This document shows positions 28,508 to 37,798 of a stretch of DNA of 64,000 nt, in pieces; positions within the stretch are counted from its first letter, which is position 1; each line of letters opens with the position of its first letter. The notes beneath the pieces are model-generated. The model made no database searches. It saw nothing but the letters and a program-made list of their open reading frames with translations, and had not been told where the DNA came from. This stretch comes from Tubiluchus corallicola (Eukaryota; Animalia; Priapulida): NCBI GenBank assembly GCA_030141605.1, contig JAQGDQ010000555.1, positions 78,948 to 142,947 on the forward strand, in the 5' to 3' direction. Made by a program: the position numbers and the translations under genes.

Positions 28508-30019
28508 TTATAGTTCATCTTCTGATCTTTTGGCACATTCTTTCATTTCTATACTTTCTCCTTGAACTGCGTTTTTGTTTTTAATCTTGAATCTGATCAA
28601 CTTGTACCCAATCCAAATGAGCAAAGAATTCACCTCAATACACGTGATTACCGTCATTAGCCATAGCCAATCTTTCGCAGAAGAGTAATCTTCATACCAG
28701 GCTAATGGTTCCATTTCGTGGTGAGAAATAAGTAGTGCATGAGTTTTGTTAATTAAAGCATTTATCTCGTCGGTATAAGTAGTTAGATTATGGCTCTCCA
28801 ATTTAGGTATCCAACTTTTCACCCGGTGGAGAGAATCACTACATTTGAGAAAATATCCAGGGAGATGATACTCATTAGCTTTCTTGCATGTTAGCACAAG
28901 ACTAGTGTTCTTGGGAATAATCTTTTCTGATGCTCCTGTATATCTTGATACTGTTCTTAATGAATAACTAGCCTGTCTTTGAACTAGCCACCCACCCATT
29001 AATGTAACTACTCCCCAACTTTCTGGCGACCTTTCATATTTGATAGATTGGTCAAACGGTTGGGTTTCCAAATAAGTTGGGCATACAATTACATTAAGAT
29101 CTTGGCAAGATCCAGGAGGAATAATTTTAATTTCATTTATTCCCAAAATCATGTTGAATGCGTTTCCGTGGACAACCCAAGTTCCTCCTTTGACGATTGG
29201 CACATTCTGTGTCTTTACATGTACTTTGCCAGGCACTTGGATGATTTCTCTGACATTGATTAACATCCACAGTCTTCGTGGCTCAGATTTAATGACTATA
29301 GCCCGGCTAGCTCCATAGGATAGCGGGATGCTGTTCTTTTGGTCAGACATGAGAGAATGAAACTGGGTGGGACTGATCAGTAGGGGGTCTATTTTTGAAG
29401 AGGTGATAGATTGTAGGCCATGTCCATATCGGATAGAATTTAAATAGTCGTGAAGTTTCTTCATGTCGTTAGCGTGTGCCATCATCAGGTTATGTACATT
29501 AGCATCTAACTTGCCAACAATTCTCTCTAACTCTTCTAGATCGTGGCCTAGGATACCTATTTCTTTATTAGCTATTTCCAGTTCATGTGCTATTATCCCT
29601 TGATTGTTTCTTAATTCCCCCATTTTCTTATTTAATGAATTTATTTCTGCCCTGTTTGTAGCGCCTAAGGCTAAAGCAGCAGTCGCCTCTGCCATAGCTG
29701 CGCTGGACATAATTAATCCGAGAAATCGTTTTTTCCTGTTATTATGGGTTGAAGAATTATCTTTTTCTCGAAACTGAAAGAGATCGTAATGAATATTCCA
29801 GGCCCGGGACATATCGACTCTAACAACTTTGAAAGATTGTGCCACTTGATACCCAATGGGTTTTGGTTCTGTAATTATAATGCCATAAGACGCCAAGGCA
29901 TCTTGATGTTTGTAGATTATATCTTGCGATAATTGTGGAATAATACTATTTACACTTATTATGGTTCCATAAGTAACAGCTGAAAGAACAAGAAGGATTG
30001 AAAGAGTATAATGACCCAT
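28508..30019 (-). CDS. Endogenous viral class I fusion glycoprotein (paramyxo/pneumovirus F-like), copy 1
   Basis: Signal peptide, furin site RKKR followed by FLGLIMSSAAMAEATAALALG fusion peptide, long heptad repeat, Cys-containing region, membrane-proximal helix, TM segment, cytoplasmic tail; intronless. Confidence 0.88.
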   Translation of the reverse strand: MGHYTLSILLVLSAVTYGTIISVNSIIPQLSQDIIYKHQDALASYGIIITEPKPIGYQVAQSFKVVRVDMSRAWNIHYDLFQFREKDNSSTHNNRKKRFLGLIMSSAAMAEATAALALGATNRAEINSLNKKMGELRNNQGIIAHELEIANKEIGILGHDLEELERIVGKLDANVHNLMMAHANDMKKLHDYLNSIRYGHGLQSITSSKIDPLLISPTQFHSLMSDQKNSIPLSYGASRAIVIKSEPRRLWMLINVREIIQVPGKVHVKTQNVPIVKGGTWVVHGNAFNMILGINEIKIIPPGSCQDLNVIVCPTYLETQPFDQSIKYERSPESWGVVTLMGGWLVQRQASYSLRTVSRYTGASEKIIPKNTSLVLTCKKANEYHLPGYFLKCSDSLHRVKSWIPKLESHNLTTYTDEINALINKTHALLISHHEMEPLAWYEDYSSAKDWLWLMTVITCIEVNSLLIWIGYKLIRFKIKNKNAVQGESIEMKECAKRSEDEL

Positions 30020-30024
30020 TTTGA

Positions 30025-30548
30025 CTTCTACATTTTAGTTCTTCAAAACCACGAGGTTGTATGTCAGAATGGCTATCTTCTACATTTTAGTTCTTCTAAA
30101 CCACGAGGTTGTATGTCAGAATGGCTACCTCCTATATTTTTGTTCTTCAAAACCATGAGGTTGTATGTCAGAATGGCTACCTTCTACATTTTAGTTCTTC
30201 TAAACCACGAGGTTGTATGTCAGAATGGCTATCTTCTACATTTTAGTTCTTCTAAACCACGAGGTTGTATGTCAGAATGGCTATCTTCTACATTTTAGTT
30301 CTTCTAAACCACGAGGTTGTATGTCAGAATGGCTCTTCTACATTTTAGTTCTGCTAAACCACGAGGTTGTATGTCAGAATGGCTATCTTCTACATTTTAG
30401 TTCTTCAAAACCACGAGGTTGTATGTCAGAATGGCTATCTTCTACATTTTAGTTCTTCTAAACCACGAGGTTGTGTGTCAGAATGGCTGTCTTCTACATT
30501 TTAGTTCTGCTAAACCACGAGGTTGTGTGTCAGAATGGCTACCTTCTA
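30025..30548. repeat. 52-bp satellite spacer (10 units + 6 bp)
   Basis: 524 bp = 10x52 + 6 - 2 (one unit has a 2-bp deletion). Confidence 0.96.
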
Positions 30549-30687
30549 TTTTATTATTATTTATTTATTGACCATGGTCAAAGATATATACAAAAAGTCA
30601 TAAGAATCGTTTCGAGATAGTTGCAACATTTAAGAAATTTGGGCTGATCATAGTCCATAGATCACTCAATGTATGGTGTAGTAACAA

Positions 30688-32187
30688 TTAGAGACCAAAA
30701 ATGGCTAGAGCATCGTGTACAAAATTACAAATATCAGCGGGATTTCCGCTGAAGAAAGTCACTAAATCATCAAATATTAAATCGGAATTGTTTCTTAAGA
30801 TACGTGTTTCAGGGCATTCACATATTACGTGCAGTTCTGTTTGGATTTGTCCACATGAACAGAGTCTTCGCTCTCTTTCAATACGGGACCAACGACCGGT
30901 TTCTATGGCAAGGTTGTGTGAGGAAAGTCTGAGCCTTGACGTTTTTATCCGTTTCAGTTCATTAACATTGTCACAGTAAATTCGATGGATAGAGAGTTCA
31001 GGGTTTAGTTGTAAGTATGTGACAAATTTCGTACGGTCAGAAGCGCGGGTCCTATCTTTGATTCTATTCAGGTCATCATCGATAAAATCACCACGGTATC
31101 CAGTTATATTACGCAAATATCGAGCACATGGGGTGTTTGACTCGCGACACAAATTGTAAACAATCATAAACGGATCATCAGGAATATTCACTCTTGAGCG
31201 AACAATCTTATTGAAAAAGCGAGATTGGGTGTCCTTCACAAAACCATTCAGGGAGGAAAGGCCCAACTCTATGAGACACAAATCATTAGCAGTTGTACGT
31301 CGCACACCGAGTAAACATTTGATAACACTAATATACATCCCTTGAATAGGATTAAGGTCATTGAATAGCCAAGACTCACATCCGTAAGTAATTGCAGCAA
31401 GTAGCGCGGCATTTAAAACTAACTTCTTAACTGCGAAAGGATAAGCTGAATTCTTAGAAATAAATGACACGAACTTCAGTACGTGACAATATTTGTCTTC
31501 GCAGTGTTTTTCCAGAGCGGGTTTAAATTTTCCTGTTGAGCTAAAGACAGCACCGAGGTAAACGTAATAGTCACAGTGATTAACAGTAAGGGGGTTCACT
31601 ACGAGGTCCAGACGATCAACAGCATCGCCATTAATAACCATAAATTTAGTCTTTTTTAAGTTCACCTTCATACCGGATTGATCACAGAACTCAATAAGGA
31701 TACTGAGTTTTTGAATAATACCTTCTCTAGATGTTGACAATAAGATTGTATCATCCATCAACATCAAACAGTGTAAATTTCCTAGGAAACCATCGAGACC
31801 ACATCTAGACTTTAATTCACGAATAAGAGGGTTAATATACAGTGTGAAGAGGAAACAGGATGACGGAGAACCCTGCTTCACACCTAATGTAACACCAATA
31901 ACGGCAGCACCAAGGACCAGCTGCGTATTCACATACATGGCAGCAAGAGCAGAAAGCATCACAAGACGACAGCCAAGAGCTCTCAAGGCCCTAATCAAAC
32001 CAGAACGTGGAACTCTATCGTAAGCTTTCGAGAAGTCTACGAAAACGATATATAATTTCCTCTTTTTAAACAGTGCATAGTCCATTAATAGTCTTAGAGT
32101 CACAATCCACTCAATGCAGGATCTACCCTTTTGGGCGCCAGCCTGCTCCCTATCGGGTTTGAACCACATCTCTAAACGAAAAAACAA
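30688..32187 (-). CDS. Truncated non-LTR RT, copy 2
   Basis: Offset 3700 bp from copy 1; differs by 2 aa. Confidence 0.9.
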   Translation of the reverse strand: MFFRLEMWFKPDREQAGAQKGRSCIEWIVTLRLLMDYALFKKRKLYIVFVDFSKAYDRVPRSGLIRALRALGCRLVMLSALAAMYVNTQLVLGAAVIGVTLGVKQGSPSSCFLFTLYINPLIRELKSRCGLDGFLGNLHCLMLMDDTILLSTSREGIIQKLSILIEFCDQSGMKVNLKKTKFMVINGDAVDRLDLVVNPLTVNHCDYYVYLGAVFSSTGKFKPALEKHCEDKYCHVLKFVSFISKNSAYPFAVKKLVLNAALLAAITYGCESWLFNDLNPIQGMYISVIKCLLGVRRTTANDLCLIELGLSSLNGFVKDTQSRFFNKIVRSRVNIPDDPFMIVYNLCRESNTPCARYLRNITGYRGDFIDDDLNRIKDRTRASDRTKFVTYLQLNPELSIHRIYCDNVNELKRIKTSRLRLSSHNLAIETGRWSRIERERRLCSCGQIQTELHVICECPETRILRNNSDLIFDDLVTFFSGNPADICNFVHDALAIFGL

Positions 32188-32207
32188 GTTATAGTGTTTT
32201 GATATAA

Positions 32208-33719
32208 TTATAGTTCATCTTCTGATCTTTTGGCACATTCTTTCATTTCTATACTTTCTCCTTGAACTGCGTTTTTGTTTTTAATCTTGAATCTGATCAA
32301 CTTGTACCCAATCCAAATGAGCAAAGAATTCACCTCAATACACGTGATTACCGTCATTAGCCATAGCCAATCTTTCGCAGAAGAGTAATCTTCATACCAG
32401 GCTAATGGTTCCATTTCGTGGTGAGAAATAAGTAGTGCATGAGTTTTGTTAATTAAAGCATTTATCTCGTCGGTATAAGTAGTTAGATTATGGCTCTCCA
32501 ATTTAGGTATCCAACTTTTCACCCGGTGGAGAGAATCACTACATTTGAGAAAATATCCAGGGAGATGATACTCATTAGCTTTCTTGCATGTTAGCACAAG
32601 ACTAGTGTTCTTGGGAATAATCTTTTCTGATGCTCCTGTATATCTTGATACTGTTCTTAATGAATAACTAGCCTGTCTTTGAACTAGCCACCCACCCATT
32701 AATGTAACTACTCCCCAACTTTCTGGCGACCTTTCATATTTGATAGATTGGTCAAACGGTTGGGTTTCCAAATAAGTTGGGCATACAATTACATTAAGAT
32801 CTTGGCAAGATCCAGGAGGAATAATTTTAATTTCATTTATTCCCAAAATCATGTTGAATGCGTTTCCGTGGACAACCCAAGTTCCTCCTTTGACGATTGG
32901 CACATTCTGTGTCTTTACATGTACTTTGCCAGGCACTTGGATGATTTCTCTGACATTGATTAACATCCACAGTCTTCGTGGCTCAGATTTAATGACTATA
33001 GCCCGGCTAGCTCCATAGGATAGCGGGATGCTGTTCTTTTGGTCAGACATGAGAGAATGAAACTGGGTGGGACTGATCAGTAGGGGGTCTATTTTTGAAG
33101 AGGTGATAGATTGTAGGCCATGTCCATATCGGATAGAATTTAAATAGTCGTGAAGTTTCTTCATGTCGTTAGCGTGTGCCATCATCAGGTTATGTACATT
33201 AGCATCTAACTTGCCAACAATTCTCTCTAACTCTTCTAGATCGTGGCCTAGGATACCTATTTCTTTATTAGCTATTTCCAGTTCATGTGCTATTATCCCT
33301 TGATTGTTTCTTAATTCCCCCATTTTCTTATTTAATGAATTTATTTCTGCCCTGTTTGTAGCGCCTAAGGCTAAAGCAGCAGTCGCCTCTGCCATAGCTG
33401 CGCTGGACATAATTAATCCGAGAAATCGTTTTTTCCTGTTATTATGGGTTGAAGAATTATCTTTTTCTCGAAACTGAAAGAGATCGTAATGAATATTCCA
33501 GGCCCGGGACATATCGACTCTAACAACTTTGAAAGATTGTGCCACTTGATACCCAATGGGTTTTGGTTCTGTAATTATAATGCCATAAGACGCCAAGGCA
33601 TCTTGATGTTTGTAGATTATATCTTGCGATAATTGTGGAATAATACTATTTACACTTATTATGGTTCCATAAGTAACAGCTGAAAGAACAAGAAGGATTG
33701 AAAGAGTATAATGACCCAT
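32208..33719 (-). CDS. Viral F-like glycoprotein, copy 2
   Basis: Same protein as copy 1. Confidence 0.88.
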   Translation of the reverse strand: MGHYTLSILLVLSAVTYGTIISVNSIIPQLSQDIIYKHQDALASYGIIITEPKPIGYQVAQSFKVVRVDMSRAWNIHYDLFQFREKDNSSTHNNRKKRFLGLIMSSAAMAEATAALALGATNRAEINSLNKKMGELRNNQGIIAHELEIANKEIGILGHDLEELERIVGKLDANVHNLMMAHANDMKKLHDYLNSIRYGHGLQSITSSKIDPLLISPTQFHSLMSDQKNSIPLSYGASRAIVIKSEPRRLWMLINVREIIQVPGKVHVKTQNVPIVKGGTWVVHGNAFNMILGINEIKIIPPGSCQDLNVIVCPTYLETQPFDQSIKYERSPESWGVVTLMGGWLVQRQASYSLRTVSRYTGASEKIIPKNTSLVLTCKKANEYHLPGYFLKCSDSLHRVKSWIPKLESHNLTTYTDEINALINKTHALLISHHEMEPLAWYEDYSSAKDWLWLMTVITCIEVNSLLIWIGYKLIRFKIKNKNAVQGESIEMKECAKRSEDEL

Positions 33720-33724
33720 TTTGA

Positions 33725-34248
33725 CTTCTACATTTTAGTTCTTCAAAACCACGAGGTTGTATGTCAGAATGGCTATCTTCTACATTTTAGTTCTTCTAAA
33801 CCACGAGGTTGTATGTCAGAATGGCTACCTCCTATATTTTTGTTCTTCAAAACCATGAGGTTGTATGTCAGAATGGCTACCTTCTACATTTTAGTTCTTC
33901 TAAACCACGAGGTTGTATGTCAGAATGGCTATCTTCTACATTTTAGTTCTTCTAAACCACGAGGTTGTATGTCAGAATGGCTATCTTCTACATTTTAGTT
34001 CTTCTAAACCACGAGGTTGTATGTCAGAATGGCTCTTCTACATTTTAGTTCTGCTAAACCACGAGGTTGTATGTCAGAATGGCTATCTTCTACATTTTAG
34101 TTCTTCAAAACCACGAGGTTGTATGTCAGAATGGCTATCTTCTACATTTTAGTTCTTCTAAACCACGAGGTTGTGTGTCAGAATGGCTGTCTTCTACATT
34201 TTAGTTCTGCTAAACCACGAGGTTGTGTGTCAGAATGGCTACCTTCTA
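33725..34248. repeat. 52-bp satellite spacer (10 units + 6 bp)
   Basis: Same unit-variant pattern as 30025-30548. Confidence 0.96.
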
Positions 34249-34387
34249 TTTTATTATTATTTATTTATTGACCATGGTCAAAGATATATACAAAAAGTCA
34301 TAAGAATCGTTTCGAGATAGCTGCAACATTTAAGAAATTTGGGCTGATCATAGTCCATAGATCACTCAATGTATGGTGTAGTAACAA

Positions 34388-35887
34388 TTAGAGACCAAAA
34401 ATGGCTAGAGCATCGTGTACAAAATTACAAATATCAGCGGGATTTCCGCTGAAGAAAGTCACTAAATCATCAAATATTAAATCGGAATTGTTTCTTAAGA
34501 TACGTGTTTCAGGGCATTCACATATTACGTGCAGTTCTGTTTGGATTTGTCCACATGAACAGAGTCTTCGCTCTCTTTCAATACGGGACCAACGACCGGT
34601 TTCTATGGCAAGGTTGTGTGAGGAAAGTCTGAGCCTTGACGTTTTTATCCGTTTCAGTTCATTAACATTGTCACAGTAAATTCGATGGATAGAGAGTTCA
34701 GGGTTTAGTTGTAAGTATGTGACAAATTTCGTACGGTCAGAAGCGCGGGTCCTATCTTTGATTCTATTCAGGTCATCATCGATAAAATCACCACGGTATC
34801 CAGTTATATTACGCAAATATCGAGCACATGGGGTGTTTGACTCGCGACACAAATTGTAAACAATCATAAACGGATCATCAGGAATATTCACTCTTGAGCG
34901 AACAATCTTATTGAAAAAGCGAGATTGGGTGTCCTTCACAAAACCATTCAGGGAGGGAAGGCCCAACTCTATGAGACACAAATCATTAGCAGTTGTACGT
35001 CGCACACCGAGTAAACATTTGATAACACTAATATACATCCCTTGAATAGGATTAAGGTCATTGAATAGCCAAGACTCACATCCGTAAGTAATTGCAGCAA
35101 GTAGCGCGGCATTTAAAACTAACTTCTTAACTGCGAAAGGATAAGCTGAATTCTTAGAAATAAATGACACGAACTTCAGTACGTGACAATATTTGTCTTC
35201 GCAGTGTTTTTCCAGAGCGGGTTTAAATTTTCCTGTTGAGCTAAAGACAGCACCGAGGTAAACGTAATAGTCACAGTGATTAACAGTAAGGGGGTTCACT
35301 ACGAGGTCCAGACGATCAACAGCATCGCCATTAATAACCATAAATTTAGTCTTTTTTAAGTTCACCTTCATACCGGATTGATCACAGAACTCAATAAGGA
35401 TACTGAGTTTTTGAATAATACCTTCTCTAGATGTTGACAATAAGATTGTATCATCCATCAACATCAAACAGTGTAAATTTCCTAGGAAACCATCGAGACC
35501 ACATCTAGACTTTAATTCACGAATAAGAGGGTTAATATACAGTGTGAAGAGGAAACAGGATGACGGAGAACCCTGCTTCACACCTAATGTAACACCAATA
35601 ACGGCAGCACCAAGGACCAGCTGCGTATTCACATACATGGCAGCAAGAGCAGAAAGCATCACAAGACGACAGCCAAGAGCTCTCAAGGCCCTAATCAAAC
35701 CAGAACGTGGAACTCTATCGTAAGCTTTCGAGAAGTCTACGAAAACGATATATAATTTCCTCTTTTTAAACAGTGCATAGTCCATTAATAGTCTTAGAGT
35801 CACAATCCACTCAATGCAGGATCTACCCTTTTGGGCGCCAGCCTGCTCCCTATCGGGTTTGAACCACATCTCTAAACGAAAAAACAA
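34388..35887 (-). CDS. Truncated non-LTR RT, copy 3
   Basis: Offset 7400 bp from copy 1. Confidence 0.9.
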   Translation of the reverse strand: MFFRLEMWFKPDREQAGAQKGRSCIEWIVTLRLLMDYALFKKRKLYIVFVDFSKAYDRVPRSGLIRALRALGCRLVMLSALAAMYVNTQLVLGAAVIGVTLGVKQGSPSSCFLFTLYINPLIRELKSRCGLDGFLGNLHCLMLMDDTILLSTSREGIIQKLSILIEFCDQSGMKVNLKKTKFMVINGDAVDRLDLVVNPLTVNHCDYYVYLGAVFSSTGKFKPALEKHCEDKYCHVLKFVSFISKNSAYPFAVKKLVLNAALLAAITYGCESWLFNDLNPIQGMYISVIKCLLGVRRTTANDLCLIELGLPSLNGFVKDTQSRFFNKIVRSRVNIPDDPFMIVYNLCRESNTPCARYLRNITGYRGDFIDDDLNRIKDRTRASDRTKFVTYLQLNPELSIHRIYCDNVNELKRIKTSRLRLSSHNLAIETGRWSRIERERRLCSCGQIQTELHVICECPETRILRNNSDLIFDDLVTFFSGNPADICNFVHDALAIFGL

Positions 35888-35907
35888 GTTATAGTGTTTT
35901 GATATAA

Positions 35908-37419
35908 TTATAGTTCATCTTCTGATCTTTTGGCACATTCTTTCATTTCTATACTTTCTCCTTGAACTGCGTTTTTGTTTTTAATCTTGAATCTGATCAA
36001 CTTGTACCCAATCCAAATGAGCAAAGAATTCACCTCAATACACGTGATTACCGTCATTAGCCATAGCCAATCTTTCGCAGAAGAGTAATCTTCATACCAG
36101 GCTAATGGTTCCATTTCGTGGTGAGAAATAAGTAGTGCATGAGTTTTGTTAATTAAAGCATTTATCTCGTCGGTATAAGTAGTTAGATTATGGCTCTCCA
36201 ATTTAGGTATCCAACTTTTCACCCGGTGGAGAGAATCACTACATTTGAGAAAATATCCAGGGAGATGATACTCATTAGCTTTCTTGCATGTTAGCACAAG
36301 ACTAGTGTTCTTGGGAATAATCTTTTCTGATGCTCCTGTATATCTTGATACTGTTCTTAATGAATAACTAGCCTGTCTTTGAACTAGCCACCCACCCATT
36401 AATGTAACTACTCCCCAACTTTCTGGCGACCTTTCATATTTGATAGATTGGTCAAACGGTTGGGTTTCCAAATAAGTTGGGCATACAATTACATTAAGAT
36501 CTTGGCAAGATCCAGGAGGAATAATTTTAATTTCATTTATTCCCAAAATCATGTTGAATGCGTTTCCGTGGACAACCCAAGTTCCTCCTTTGACGATTGG
36601 CACATTCTGTGTCTTTACATGTACTTTGCCAGGCACTTGGATGATTTCTCTGACATTGATTAACATCCACAGTCTTCGTGGCTCAGATTTAATGACTATA
36701 GCCCGGCTAGCTCCATAGGATAGCGGGATGCTGTTCTTTTGGTCAGACATGAGAGAATGAAACTGGGTGGGACTGATCAGTAGGGGGTCTATTTTTGAAG
36801 AGGTGATAGATTGTAGGCCATGTCCATATCGGATAGAATTTAAATAGTCGTGAAGTTTCTTCATGTCGTTAGCGTGTGCCATCATCAGGTTATGTACATT
36901 AGCATCTAACTTGCCAACAATTCTCTCTAACTCTTCTAGATCGTGGCCTAGGATACCTATTTCTTTATTAGCTATTTCCAGTTCATGTGCTATTATCCCT
37001 TGATTGTTTCTTAAGTCCCCCATTTTCTTATTTAATGAATTTATTTCTGCCCTGTTTGTAGCGCCTAAGGCTAAAGCAGCAGTCGCCTCTGCCATAGCTG
37101 CGCTGGACATAATTAATCCGAGAAATCGTTTTTTCCTGTTATTATGGGTTGAAGAATTATCTTTTTCTCGAAACTGAATGAGATCGTAATGAATATTCCA
37201 GGCCCGGGACATATCGACTCTAACAACTTTGAAAGATTGTGCCACTTGATACCCAATGGGTTTTGGTTCTGTAATTATAATGCCATAAGACGCCAAGGCA
37301 TCTTGATGTTTGTAGATTATATCTTGCGATAATTGTGGAATAATACTATTTACACTTATTATGGTTCCATAAGTAACAGCTGAAAGAACAAGAAGGATTG
37401 AAAGAGTATAATGACCCAT
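35908..37419 (-). CDS. Viral F-like glycoprotein, copy 3
   Basis: Two substitutions (F>I, E>D) relative to copies 1 and 2. Confidence 0.88.
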   Translation of the reverse strand: MGHYTLSILLVLSAVTYGTIISVNSIIPQLSQDIIYKHQDALASYGIIITEPKPIGYQVAQSFKVVRVDMSRAWNIHYDLIQFREKDNSSTHNNRKKRFLGLIMSSAAMAEATAALALGATNRAEINSLNKKMGDLRNNQGIIAHELEIANKEIGILGHDLEELERIVGKLDANVHNLMMAHANDMKKLHDYLNSIRYGHGLQSITSSKIDPLLISPTQFHSLMSDQKNSIPLSYGASRAIVIKSEPRRLWMLINVREIIQVPGKVHVKTQNVPIVKGGTWVVHGNAFNMILGINEIKIIPPGSCQDLNVIVCPTYLETQPFDQSIKYERSPESWGVVTLMGGWLVQRQASYSLRTVSRYTGASEKIIPKNTSLVLTCKKANEYHLPGYFLKCSDSLHRVKSWIPKLESHNLTTYTDEINALINKTHALLISHHEMEPLAWYEDYSSAKDWLWLMTVITCIEVNSLLIWIGYKLIRFKIKNKNAVQGESIEMKECAKRSEDEL

Positions 37420-37424
37420 TTTGA

Positions 37425-37792
37425 CTTCTACATTTTAGTTCTTCAAAACCACGAGGTTGTATGTCAGAATGGCTATCTTCTACATTTTAGTTCTTCTAAA
37501 CCACGAGGTTGTATGTCAGAATGGCTACCTCCTATATTTTTGTTCTTCAAAACCATGAGGTTGTATGTCAGAATGGCTACCTTCTACATTTTAGTTCTTC
37601 TAAACCACGAGGTTGTATGTCAGAATGGCTATCTTCTACATTTTAGTTCTTCTAAACCACGAGGTTGTATGTCAGAATGGCTATCTTCTACATTTTAGTT
37701 CTTCTAAACCACGAGGTTGTATGTCAGAATGGCTCTTCTACATTTTAGTTCTGCTAAACCACGAGGTTGTATGTCAGAATGGCTACCTTCTA
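37425..37792. repeat. 52-bp satellite spacer (7 units + 6 bp)
   Basis: 368 bp = 7x52 + 6 - 2; begins and ends with CTTCTA. Confidence 0.96.
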
Positions 37793-37798
37793 TGCAAT

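Larger units (their letters stand above)
26849..30024 (-). mobile_element. Chimeric retro-insertion unit 1: viral F gene + truncated LINE, flanked by CTTCTA TSD
   Basis: 3' tail CAATAAATAAATAATAATAAAA (minus); CTTCTA at 26843-26848 and 30025-30030. Confidence 0.88.

Noticed and set aside
28511-28525. C-terminal SEDEL as a KDEL-like ER retention signal
   Set aside because: It lies after the TM segment on the cytosolic side, where KDEL receptors cannot bind it.
25784-37792. 52-bp repeats as a CRISPR array
   Set aside because: Units are directly adjacent without unique short spacers, there are no cas genes, and the context is eukaryotic. Only the loose analogy of repeat-interspaced viral sequence holds.
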